A stretch of 63,846 bases of DNA, the filler included, from Octopus bimaculoides (Eukaryota), in the NCBI RefSeq assembly GCF_001194135.2. It is 4 parts of 4 records of this genome, joined end to end, with 100 filler letters (N's around TTAATTAATTAA, not from the genome) between each part and the next. Parts side by side here need not be neighbours in the genome. Positions count along the whole stretch, not along the records: positions 1 to 17,395 come from NC_068994.1; 3 more parts are not named here. One strand, written 5' to 3'. Below the pieces are notes generated by a model that had not been told where the DNA came from, did no database searches, and worked only from the letters and a program-made list of their open reading frames with translations. Made by a program: the position numbers and the translations under genes. Positions 1-12,012 of the stretch are shown here, piece after piece. Position 1 is the stretch's first letter; each line of letters opens with the position of its first letter.

Positions 1-319
1 CACATACATATACATACCTGACGACTTGATTTTTTTTTATTAACCACACAGGGTCGAAACACAGAGGGGACAGCACAAGGACAGACAAAACATAAAAGTA
101 AGGAAAAAATAAAATCTCAGGGTTAGCAGATGCATGCTGACGTCAAATGGAGTCTCAAGAGAGAAAGGAGATGAGATTTTCCCAAGATCAGCTAAGGCAT
201 GCTGCAATACTTAAGGTTGAGTCATTAGAACAACGTTTAGCACGCTATATTAAACAGATGTCCAATACAATATAGCTCTCAGAAATAGACCACAGGCAAA
301 TTCGTTCTTCATAACACCA

Positions 320-505
320 GGAGCTGCTTTCAGATATGATCCATCCCAGCCTTACAAAAACGATAATTCTGTACAAATTGGTGTGCTACACTCAAATTGT
401 CGTTTCTGGAAAGCTTTCAAATTTCCAAATGAAACTAGTGGCATGTGCTGCTCGGGCGGTAAGGTAAGATTGCCAGCACTACCAGCTCCTCCTCAACCTC
501 TTTCG
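320..505 (+). mobile_element. Helitron Rep/Helicase N-terminal fragment (degraded)
   Basis: Translates GAAFRYDPSQPYKNDNSVQIGVLHSNCRFWKAFKFPNETSGMCCSGGKVRLPALPAPPQPLS, matching the Helitron RepHel N-terminal AAFxYD...CxxC...KFxxE..GMCC..GKVxLPxL..PP pattern; no Rep or helicase core follows. Confidence 0.75.
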
Positions 506-911
506 ACAGTTCATTTCCCCATCACCGTCTCCCATTACAGCCCATTTCCAGAATGTACCCATTTACGTACAATATCTCCATTACACCGCCATTCATTTGA
601 CTGTTAACCATACGATGGGTCGTATTACACGCAGCGCTGACCGCCTCAAAGGCGAGTATATCCACTGACAGCTTTTCGCTGGGTTCAAAAATTACACAGC
701 CCCACCCCAGTTTTCCACGCTAGGTTAGGACATGGAATCATCCAAACGGATGTATTACATGTCGATTAGTCGAATTAGACCATCATTTACTCTACAAATG
801 TTTTGTCGTCAATGCTGCAGTTTTCCGTATCACCTGTTTCAACATAACTGTAATATATATAAACAAACTATACCATTTTAATCCCGAGCAACGCCAGGCG
901 TCTCTGCTAGT

Positions 912-945
<34 letters not shown>

Positions 946-988
946 GTATAAAATATGCATGCACTTGGAGACAAATATATATTCCTTT

Positions 989-1198
989 CTACTCTAGGCA
1001 CAAGGCCCGAAATTTTTGCGGACGGGTCCAGTCGATTAGATTAACCCCAGTACTTAACTAGTACTTAATTTATCAACCCCTAAAAGACGAAAGACAAAGT
1101 CGACCTAGGCGGAATTTGAACTCAGAACGTAAAGACAGACGAAATACCGCTGAGCATTTCGCGCTGTGTGCTAACGTTTCTGCCAGTTCGCCACCTTG
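989..1198 (-). mobile_element. tRNA-derived SINE, family with GGCG(G/A)GCTGGCAGAA head
   Basis: Reverse complement begins ggtggcgaactggcagaaacgttagcac, has B-box-like gagttcaaattcc, and ends ggccttgtgcctagagtagaaa; many homologous copies in the window. Confidence 0.8.
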
Positions 1199-1243
1199 GA
1201 GACAGATATATATTGTATCTATACAATATATGCATATACAATG

Positions 1244-1440
1244 TTCTTTTATTTGTTTCAGTCATTTGACTGCGGCCATGCTGGAGCACCGCCTTTAGTC
1301 GAGCAAATCGACCCCAGGACTTATTCTTTGTAAGCCTAGTACTTATTCTATCGTTCCCTTTTGCCGAAACGGTAGGTTACGGGGAGGTAAGCACACCAAC
1401 ATCGGTTGTCAAGCGATGGTGGGGTGGAGACAAGCACAGG
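1244..1440. mobile_element. SINE-like interspersed repeat (cagtcatttgactgcggccatgctggagcaccgcc family)
   Basis: Homologous copies at about 41410-41610 (same strand) and about 5875-6075 and 56970-57135 (opposite strand). Confidence 0.7.
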
Positions 1441-1487
1441 CACATAAAAAAATATGCACACACACACACATATCTCTCTATGTATAT

Positions 1488-1651
1488 ATGACGGGCTTCT
1501 TTCAGTTTCCGTCTCCCAAATCCACTCACTGGGCTTTGGTTAGCCCGGGGCAATAGTGGAAGACACTTACCCAAAGTGCCACGCAGTGAGACTGAATTCG
1601 GAACCATGTCGTTGGGAACCAAGTTTCTTACCACTCAGCCACGCCTGCGTC
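1488..1651 (-). mobile_element. tRNA-derived SINE, CORE-like family
   Basis: Reverse complement has A-box-like gtggctgagtggtaag, B-box-like ggttccgaattc, ggcactttgggtaagtgtcttc, and tail gaaactgaaagaagcccgtc; copies at 5442-5610, 41762-41910, 47120-47260, 56740-56890. Confidence 0.75.
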
Positions 1652-1654
1652 TAT

Positions 1655-1688
<34 letters not shown>

Positions 1689-1733
1689 GTCTGTCTATCT
1701 AGTTATCTATTTGTCTGTCTGTCTGTCTATCTA

Positions 1734-1779
<46 letters not shown>

Positions 1780-2229
1780 NNNNNNNNNNNNNNNNNNNNN
1801 NNNNNNNNNNNNNNNNNNNNNNNNNNNNNNNNNNNNNNNNNNNNNNNNNNNNNNNNNNNNNNNNNNNNNNNNNNNNNNNNNNNNNNNNNNNNNNNNNNNN
1901 NNNNNNNNNNNNNNTATATTTGTCTATCTGTATATGTATTCCTATCAATTCCTGTATGTATACACATATGAGTGTTGTATAATTGTATTTCTGTGTCTGT
2001 AAATATACACACACGTGTCTGTCTGTCTGTCTCACTCTCTCTCTCTCTCTCTCTCTATCAGCCTATCTATAAGTATGTATGTACATGTGAAGATTGTATG
2101 TATGTATACATGTTTGTATGTATATGCACGGACATCTACATAAATGTGTCTCTGTTTATGTACGCCCATACGCCTGTACGACCACACGCCCGTACATCCA
2201 ATTGCCTGTGCCTCTCCACCGTCATAGGA

Positions 2230-2830
2230 ACCCCACTAGCATGATTTTCACACATTAACAACACCTTCATGAATACCTGTCTCCGCGCTATATACTGTGA
2301 AATATATAAATTTCAACACAAATAATATCTTCCCAATGTAACCCCAACCCAACTCTATTACTACAATATCCCCTACAGCCAAACGAATTAAGCTCAGTTA
2401 ACTGTTATCTGTAAAAATATCATAACCACCCTATCCCCCGCACAACTACAGACTACACCCCCATCCAATTTTGAATAAAATGAAACTCACAAATCATTAT
2501 AATTTTTTTTTTGTGTGTTATCAATTGCCCCGATGTGCTACTATAATGGCAGATAATTTTATTTTAACTTTATCGTCGAAACAATTTCATACACGTCAAC
2601 ACACTCTCGCCCACCCAGCCATTTACACCCAGTCAAACCGATACAAAGATTCATACTTAAATGGAAATATCAATAAATATACCACTACCACCCACACTTC
2701 CCACACGCCGTATTCACCAGAGTGTCACTCCAGCGACTACACATATCGCTTGCATTGTTTAGAAATGCACCATCTGAAGAGTCACCTTGGGATGAAACTA
2801 TAAGTACAATGAGGCTTTAAACCTTCCTGA
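2230..2830 (+). mobile_element. Degraded Penelope-like element 3' remnant ending in a hammerhead-like motif
   Basis: YYYNIPYS reading resembles the PLE linker WxNPPYS; C/A-rich tail; CTGAAGA-GTC..GAT-GAAAC..GTA at 2774-2806. Confidence 0.35.
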
Positions 2831-3108
2831 AACCCAAATAGCTTACTTTACAACTGTATTGAATTCTCCCTTTTATAGACAATAATACTTAATATAATAT
2901 ACACTACTTACTCTTATATAATCATGTGTGTGTATTTATGTGTTTGCTGTATTTTTATTCAGGTATTTAAAAAATATATTTCCCTATGAATATCTTGCAG
3001 TTTCTTTGGAACAATAAAATTCTGAAAGCCATCTGGAGATAAAGTAAAGTTGGTATTCCTGGTTGTCTTCATGCGGTAAGTAAGAATGTTAATATGATCG
3101 ATGTATAT

Positions 3109-3355
3109 CAATAGTTTTCAACCATTTTTGATTTCTATTTTACTCTGCTAGACCTCCATAATCACTCGATGTATATATAAAAATAAATCCTACTGTGTTT
3201 TTATAATCAAATATTATTAGGAATTGTATTTTTAAAAAAACGATAGAATATTTTGTGCATTGTAGAAGTATAATGAATTTATTGCTCATCAATTTTAACA
3301 ATAAAATCTTATATGGACCTCCAAGGGCCGTATGGGCCCCGGTTGAGAATCATTG
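3109..3355. mobile_element. hAT/Charlie-type MITE
   Basis: Degenerate TIRs caatagttttcaacc and ggttgagaatcattg; flanking 8-mers atgtatat / ctgtagat match at 6 of 8, consistent with an hAT TSD. Confidence 0.55.
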
Positions 3356-3803
3356 CTGTAGATATTACCATTATATATTACATATTTGACTGTTAGACTT
3401 AATTGCTACCAGTCAGGTTAGGTATTTATTTTTCTGTGTGATAACTGTACGTTATCTGAGTTTCTTTTGACTTTCGTGTTGAACTATGAGTATTGTTTCT
3501 ATCATTAGTCCTATACTTTTGTCTGAAAAGTTCTGAATAGGATACATGTCTTGCGTACTAATGTTTTCCTATCAATTTTGTTTTTGCGTTTGGTGGCCAA
3601 TTATAACAGTCGGTGTCACGAACTCATGAACTTTCAAGTTTGCAATCGAATTTGTAAATCATATTGTCATTAGCAGCTTCTTGGCGAAAATACAGATTTT
3701 GTGTGCGTTGTATATATGGAGATTATACTATAATCTACTATAGCCTCGGGCCGACCAAACCCTTGTGAGTGGATTTGAAGGAAACTGAAAGAAGTCCATC
3801 ATG

Positions 3804-3858
<55 letters not shown>

Positions 3859-5441
3859 ATGTATGTATACGTATATATATATATGTGCTTATATAATTAT
3901 ATGTAAAAACCCAAGGATCCAGATGTAGGAAGTTAATAAGCTTCGAGCAGTCCGTAGAAGGTATAAAAAGCAACTTTTAGGAACAATTTTTCCCATATCA
4001 AAGTTCGATCAGCTGAAAAAAGTTATTTTATAGTTCCCGGTTAGAAACTGGGGTTGCTTTGTATGCGCATGAAAATCCAAATTGTGGGAATGAAGTAGGT
4101 AGAATCCAGACTACATGTTTCGTAGCGAATAGAAACTTAGAAGCAGTAATTACTCAACGAGGGGTAATCCGTTAGCTACTCATCGGGCCGAAGATACTTA
4201 AGTCAAATGAAGGTTACATTTTCATCAGCTCGCAAGCGATTTGATCGACCAAATCTCCTGCGAGTTAACACGGGATCTAAATACTCTTCTAAGTAGATAT
4301 TTTTCTCTTGGTATTTCGTATTTGTTTGAATATTCACTGCCTCCATGTACGTATATGTTTATATTTGAGTCTGAACCTGGCGGAGGGTGCGCATAAGTGA
4401 CGAAATCGTCCTGCACTCACTCGCTCGGTGACCAGGCAGAATTGATATGGGAGTTTATATTAAACAGCTGTTATTATGTGCCGAGTGGATCTTGCTGTCA
4501 GCCGAATCTAGTGAATATCGAACCACCGACTTCGCTTTTCACAGAGGAGTGGGTAGTTTTCTCTACCACGTGGATATTAAATTATGTGGTGGGCCTAGCT
4601 GAAAGGTTTTAGGAAAGAGCTCTTCTTCTTAGGCCTAAGTTTGAACTAGAAAGTAACGATAAAGAGAGAAGTGCCGTCTAGGTGTAGGTGGTGCAATTTG
4701 TATGACTTTTGATAAGCTTGTAGCAAGAACTAGGAGGAAACTCGCCTTTAGTTTGTGAGGATGCCTCAAATCTGGCTATATAGCAATACTCACGTTTGTG
4801 GAATTTTTTTCTTATTACTTTATACACTCGTGAAGGCAGCGAATTGGCAGATTGTTGGATAAAATGTCTCGCACTATTCGTTCCAACTTTGCTCGCTGCA
4901 TTCAAATCCTGTTGTGATAATCTTTTATTTTTATCTCTTTGAGGTCGGAAAATAAGTACCGAACCAGGGAGATGAATTCGCGGAAGTGTGAGAAAATGGT
5001 ACTGGCTAATTTGTTGTATTTGGTCTGGTTCTTTCCGTTCAGAGTTCAACTCCCGTTGGGGGTCTACTTCAGTTTTAATCCTTTCAGAATCGATAACAAA
5101 ATGTACCAACCTAGGGAACTGATAAACTAGTGGTTCTCGACCACTTTTTTGCCCCTTTGATCCCCATTTTAATTTACTGGACTTCCACAGCCATTCAATG
5201 GTTAAATAAGATCCATTATATTTTTATAACTGAATACGATTAAGAACTGTATAACTAACGATGCCAACGATTCTGCCAGCGCCACCACCTTAAGGCCTTG
5301 TACCGAAATGAAGAAATAGTTTCTACTCAAAATGAGTTGGCGGAATCGTTAGAACGTCGGAGGGGTAAAAAATGGCTTACTGTATTTGTTCCGAGTTCAA
5401 AACCCTCCCGTCTCAATTTTCTTTTATCAATCCAGGGAATA

Positions 5442-5607
5442 GGGCCGAGAGGTGTCGCTGCGTGGCAAGAAGCTTGCTTCCCAACCATGTGGTTCGGGGT
5501 TCGATCTCACTGCCAGGCACTTTGGCCCTGGTGTCTTCTACTATAGAATCGGGGCGAGCAAAGCCTTGTGAGTAGATTTAGTAGATTGAAACTAAAAGAA
5601 GCCCGTC

Positions 5608-5610
<3 letters not shown>
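5442..5610 (+). mobile_element. tRNA-derived SINE, CORE-like family
   Basis: Full head-to-tail copy homologous to 1488-1651, followed by (TA)n. Confidence 0.75.
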
Positions 5611-5645
<35 letters not shown>

Positions 5646-6597
5646 CTGGCCGCCTACACTTTTTCTGCAAAATAGGGGTAGTTTATCCTGTTCAGGCTAT
5701 ATTATTATCATTATCCTGCGTTTGAGAATTTAAAATCACTTCTTTAACTTTCTGAGACATCTCAACGCTTCTAAAAGCAAACTTCGTTTGTTTGTTTACG
5801 TTCATCGAAATTTGAATTTAATATATATATATATATATATATATCTTTGTGTGTGTGTGTGTGTGTGTGTGTGTCTGTGTTTCCCCTTCCGCCGTTTGAC
5901 AACCGCTGTTGGTGTGGCGTTTACGCCTCCGTAACTTAACGGTTTGGCAAAACATACCGATGGAATAAGTACCAGGCGTTTAAAAAAAATAAGTACTGGG
6001 GTCGATTTATTCGACTAAAATCCCTTCATGGCAGTGCCCCAGCATGGCCGCATTCTAATGACTGAAGCAAGTAAAAAAAAAAAAAGAAGAAAATGTACAG
6101 TGTTGGTTATTATCGATTACCCTTTCACCTCTCACCAGATTGCTACCCAAAAAGAAAGGCAGCGCGTTGGCAGAATCATTAAGGGGTTAGTATAAAAACA
6201 AATGAAAAAGTGATTCGACACTTTACGTTCTGAGTTCAAATCGCACCAAAGTCAATTTTGTATTTTAATCTCTTACATGTAAGCGGATGTAGGGATTCGG
6301 TAAAAATAAAGAACAAAATGCCCGCCAAGTACTTCAGCAGTCGATATTATCGACTAACTCCCCGACCCCGCCTATCGCATATTCCCAAAATGCTGGCCTT
6401 ACATCTAAATTAGAAGCAATTACCACTTGTTCATTAATGTGTCTTTATATAACAATTGTTAATCTCACCATTTCACTCCATATAAACCACTCCCGCTTTT
6501 CTTGTTTGTAGTTTTCCATTTTTGGTTTCTCCACCATTTTTACTGTCCACAACGTCTCGGGCTTTTGTAGCCGGTAAAAGGAATCATAAGCACCATC

Positions 6598-6600
6598 AAC

Positions 6601-6654
<54 letters not shown>

Positions 6655-6741
6655 GTCGTCGTCGTTGTTGTTGTCGATGTTGTTGGTACATTTAATGTTG
6701 TTATAATTTTTATTGTCTTTGCTGTTAATATTGTTGTTGTA

Positions 6742-6782
<41 letters not shown>

Positions 6783-6850
6783 TGTCGTCGACATTGGTAC
6801 ATTTAATGTTATAATTTTTCTTGTTGTCTTTGCTGTTCATATTGTTGTTG

Positions 6851-6926
<76 letters not shown>

Positions 6927-6940
6927 CATCATCATCATAA
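6598..6940. repeat. Compound (ATT)n/(GTT)n microsatellite with an internal duplicated unit
   Basis: Long ATT runs; ggtacatttaatgtt...ttgtctttgctgtt(a/c)atatt occurs twice (about 6685 and 6797). Confidence 0.9.
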
Positions 6941-8103
6941 GACAATTGATTAATTTAAACAAACAATTTATGATGTCTGGCTATCGCTATTATCTGATAT
7001 TATGATTCCATTTACTTTTTGTTTCTTTCTTTCTCTTTTTTCTTGTTTAGGTTTTATAGAATTCCTAGAGTTTTATATTCTCGACCAATTTATATAAATC
7101 TCTCTAGATTCGTCTGTGTGTGTGCTAGTGTGTGCGATTTTACGTGCTTGTTTCGCTATATGAACGTCTATGAATGGGTAGACAGATAGACATATATGTG
7201 TATGTGTGTGTGTGTATGCATGTATGTATGTACGCACACACACTCATATATTGAGAAAATGAGGGGGACAGAGGTACACAAATATGTAAATTGCTTCCTC
7301 TCTCTCTCTCTACATATATATATATATATATCTATATATNNNNNNNNNNNNNNNNNNNNNNNNNNNNNNNNNNNNNNNNNNNNNNNNNNNNNNNNNNNNN
7401 NNNNNNNNNNNNNNNNNNNNNNNNNNNNNNNNNNNNNNNNNNNNNNNNNNNNNNTATATATACGTATCTATAGGTACACACACATACACACACACACACA
7501 CACATATAAATAGGCAGACAGATTGACTGACTGACACAAACAGATCGACTGAAGAACAAAAGAGAAAACATCTAGTTCGTAAGAGTATATATCTCCATGT
7601 GTATGTCTATATAAGTACTTGCCTTTATATCGTGTGTGTGTGTGCATGCGTGTGTGTGCTTGTATAATCCTAATATAGGAATTTAAGTTTGCTTATTTAT
7701 AACCACATGTGTGTTTATTTGCGAGCGTTTGTTTTTGTAATATACAATATTTGTTAATCGATGTGTCATTATTACCAATTAGTATGTTTTAAATGTGTTT
7801 GTAGGTCTGAATGTATATGTCCACGTTTGGGTGTATGCTTAAATTGAATGCGGACCTGAATTTAGTATATGTGTATGTATATATAGATACATTCATACAC
7901 ACACACATATATATGTCTATGTATATGTGTATATGTATCCACATATATGAGTGTGTGTGTGGGTGGGTGGGTGTGCGTATGTGTGTGTATGTATGTGTGT
8001 GTACACGTTATATATATACATACATATACAAATGTACTTTAAACTACATCCAGAACCACATTCAATTTAAGCATACAAATGCACACACACACATGTGTGT
8101 GTA

Positions 8104-8140
<37 letters not shown>

Positions 8141-8499
8141 AATATATATTCATATACATATATTTGTGTGCGTATTAATATTCACATAGATATTCATATT
8201 CTTGGAAACACACGTAAGCATACACACGTGTGTGAGTAAGTGCGTGTGTGGGTGGGGTGTGCAATTAGATCTCGATTACCCGAACGGGACGGTTGGGGAA
8301 TTTATTGTTTGGCTAATTGATTTTAACCGTAAACAAAGGAAGCCATATTAAACATTTTTACGTAAAAAAAAAGCATGTTTACAATATTTTTCTGTGTGGC
8401 TTTCAATCAATAAAACGTGAACAAACATTGGATATTGCTTAAAAATTCATGATATTTTATAAATAATATCCCGTTATATATCGTTTAAATAACAAAAAT

Positions 8500-9250
8500 A
8501 TGAAGCTGAAAATTCAAAGAATCGTGACAAAATCCACATTCATTGGCACATGAAGATGTTAACAACAGCTAAAATTCCTTGGTTGGAGAACGTCTGTTAT
8601 TATTATTTTGCAGAGAATATATCAAGTTGCTCTTTCTAGGAATGCTTCTATGTCTTTGTTTTTGCCAGCGATAACATTTGACGAAGATGTACCAAGTTGA
8701 CGGCATGGATTTTATCTTGTTTCAAACCACTCCATGAAAGGTCACAGGCTTTTGATTGCTTCGTCATTTGGAACTGAAGGAGTCGTCGGAGTCTAATTTT
8801 TCTTACCGTCCACTGCTTTTGGTACTTCTGCGCTGTTCTTCTCTGACAATGCAACCGTCATAAAACTGTCATTTCTTCGATGTATAGGTCTTGAATAATT
8901 GGGAAAAGGGAGGTTCAGTGAGGACGATATTCCAAAATACTTAATGATTGTTTATATATTTTTCTAATTCAGTGGCCAAACATATTTAGACGTGGTGGTA
9001 TATTTCTCGCTGGGTTTCTAAATGGACGAGTGTAGCGGTTATATCTGAGTTTAACAGTTTGGCGACTGAGCCAAAATGGTATCTGGAGAGACGATTCATT
9101 GCTAAAAACAATCTGATACAATACAATATTGATTAACGAATGCAAGACTTGTTTAAGGAGCAGTTCTAACCAGCTACTTCTGATATACGTGTTTACTAGG
9201 GGCTTACACCTCAATTTGATACTATTGATATCGATTTATAATGCAGTAAA
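8500..9250 (-). mobile_element. Degraded Tc1-like transposase remnant
   Basis: ORF 8969-9214 gives KPLVNTYIRSSWLEL...QIVFSNESSL, resembling Tc1 KPLL..HR..RL.FA...VIFSDESKF (first catalytic D region). Boundaries approximate. Confidence 0.5.
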
Positions 9251-10067
9251 ATGTTTGGAGTGACTGTAGCTCTAAATTTTACATCACTCTTTTAAATATT
9301 TTTTAATATTTATGATTCAAAGGAAAATGACTGAACTAATTTATAAAAAAANNNNNNNNNNNNNNNNNNNNNNNNNNNNNNNNNNNNNNNNNNNNNNNNN
9401 NNNNNNNNNNNNNNNNNNNNNNNNNNNNNNNNNNNNNNNNNNNNNNNNNNNNNNNNNNNNNNNNNNNNNNNNNNNNNNNNNNNNNNNNNNNNNNNNNNNN
9501 NNNNNNNNNNNNNNNNNNNNNNNNNNNNNNNNNNNNNNNNNNNNNNNNNNNNNNNNNNNNNNNNNNNNNNNNNNNNNNNNNNNNNNNNNNNNNNNNNNNN
9601 NNNNNNNNNNNNNNNNNNNNNNNNNNNNNNNNNNNNNNNNNNNNNNNNNNNNNNNNNNNNNNNNNNNNNNNNNNNNNNNNNNNNNNNNNNNNNNNNNNNN
9701 NNNNNNNNNNNNNNNNNNNNNNNNNNNNNNNNNNNNNNNNNNNNNNNNNNNNNNNNNNNNNNNNNNNNNNNNNNNNNNNNNNNNNNNNNNATATATATTT
9801 ATTTGGTGTTTGAAAAAGTTAAACGAAAGCGCTCACACACTAGAAAAAAACTTCTTCCCCCAAAAAAGTTAGCAGCATCCTGATAAAAGATTCCATAACA
9901 TTTTTTTCAAAAATTATTTTTTTAAAAATCACCTTTGCATTTCAAAACTGTATTAAGTAATTCTCGTAAACTTTCATATATATATATCAGTGCGTATGTG
10001 TTTGTATGCATATGTATGTACATGATTATATATATATATATATATATAGAGATATATATATATATAG

Positions 10068-10107
<40 letters not shown>

Positions 10108-10443
10108 TAAATAGGTAGATAAACAGACAAGTAGATTGATAATATTGTATATATGTATGTGTGTATATATATATATATAACGAATGAAAGACTACATATG
10201 TATGTATGTATGTATGTATATGTCTGTTTATGTATGTATATTATAAATATATATATATACATATGTGTGTTTAGATACATACACACACACACGCGCGCGC
10301 ATGTATATATATTACTAATATTTAGCAGAAGTAACAGAGTGAATCAAGGTCCGAAAATTTCGTGCGTTGGCGCTTAAATATTAAGAAAATATCACATGCT
10401 TATATTTTAAATTCTGCTTTTACTGTTTGCACCAACATATCTG

Positions 10444-10483
<40 letters not shown>

Positions 10484-10681
10484 TTATCTTCGAAACGTCT
10501 AGATAGAATAGAGACAGCTGATGAAGGGATATTCCAAGTGGCTTTCCGTTTTCCTATATGTTCGTTCCGTTGTCTGTAGTTTATTGTTCTAACGTCCTGT
10601 ACCCTGATATGCATGTATATACACATGTAGATGTAAGTATGTACATATATGTGTGTATACATGTATATATATTCTTTGTAT

Positions 10682-10722
<41 letters not shown>

Positions 10723-10789
10723 ATCTAAACACACACACGTGGATACATACGCATAAAGCATTTGTGTGTATTTGTACGTTTGAGTTTGC

Positions 10790-11295
10790 GCATGTAACAC
10801 AAGAAAAGCTGCAAAAAATATCAGCGTTACAAAGAGCCTCTCTTCTCTTTTTGCTCGACCGACATGACAGTACCAAGAGATCAACATATTATCACGAAAG
10901 AAAGAGAAAAGGTTGATAAATATGGAGACCTGAGAATTGAGATCGCTAAGATGCGGCAGCTACGAGAGTCAAATATAAAGATTGTTCCTATTGTCATCGG
11001 AACATTGGGTTTAATATCCAAGCTGAAGAAACATCTGGAAGCTTTAGAAACACCCTACAATCTAGGTGTATTGCAAACAAAAAGTCGGCATTACTTGGAA
11101 CAGCATGCATATTGTGTAAAATACTGTCTGTCTGAGGTCCTTGTTGTGACTTGACAGACAGCACAACCCCCCCCCCCGGTAGACACAATATTTTCAAGCA
11201 ACAACATCACAATATTAGATACTGTGCGACGTATCCAAATAATAACAACAACAATAACAACAACAACAACAATAATGATAATAATAATGATAATT
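10790..11295 (+). mobile_element. 5'-truncated R4/Dong-like (restriction-like endonuclease) non-LTR retrotransposon 3' end
   Basis: VPRDQHIITKEREKVDKYGDLRIEIAKM...IVPIVIGTLG matches the RLE C-terminus (KExEKxxKY..L..E...PIVIGALG); ends in an (AAC/AAT)n tail. Confidence 0.75.
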
Positions 11296-12012
11296 CCAAT
11301 TATAAATGTTGTCGGTTGGTCTTTTTACTGCACATAGTTACATGAAATAGAAATATTTCTTCTACATCGAGTGAGAAAAAGAAAACAACAAATTGTCATG
11401 CACCGGTCATTTGTGCGGTTTTACAAAATTAAAAACTTAGATCATTGTTTTTTTTTTGTTTGTGCGAGAGAACATAAAATCCATCATTTGATTCAATAAA
11501 TAGATAAATAAATAAGTAAATAAATAAACAAACAAATTAATTAATTAATTAATTAATTAATTAAAGGTAGTGCCAGTATTTTCCTTGTTAGGTGTTTCTT
11601 GTTACAATGTAAAAAAAAAGAAAAGAAACAGAATTGCGTTGATTTTTGTGTCTCATCCTTTGAGGTTTACATGGAAAATCTTTTTGACATGGAAATAAAA
11701 AGATGCTTACGTTATATGTCGCCGGTTTATTTGTATGATGCAACATAAAATGTATCTATGTAAACATTGTTTTATTGATGGCTGAATAAGATATCTGCTA
11801 CGAGGTGTATATCCTCTATTTGTTCACATTTCATAATGTCTACCTCAGATAACACCAACTCGGTGGTACATCTCAACATAGTGCAGATTTCATTTACATT
11901 GTAATTAAAGGCTGGTACTGTATTTTACTTTCGTCTCTTGTGTTTGTTCTGTCAGTCTATTATATTTTTTAATATTTAATTTTATTTTATTTGCGTCGTC
12001 TTTGCCTTCTCT

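Noticed and set aside
3900-4830. Unique-looking, moderately GC-rich stretch with short ORFs (possible old retroelement)
   Set aside because: Only vague resemblance to RT motifs (PGRIDMG, SEYRT); no frame gave a convincing signature.
6445-6945. 166-aa poly-Asn ORF
   Set aside because: It is the translation of an (ATT)n microsatellite, with no domain or splice support.
11536-11565. (AATT)n run resembling the assembly spacer
   Set aside because: Not flanked by N and longer than 12 nt; a natural tetranucleotide repeat downstream of the receptor.
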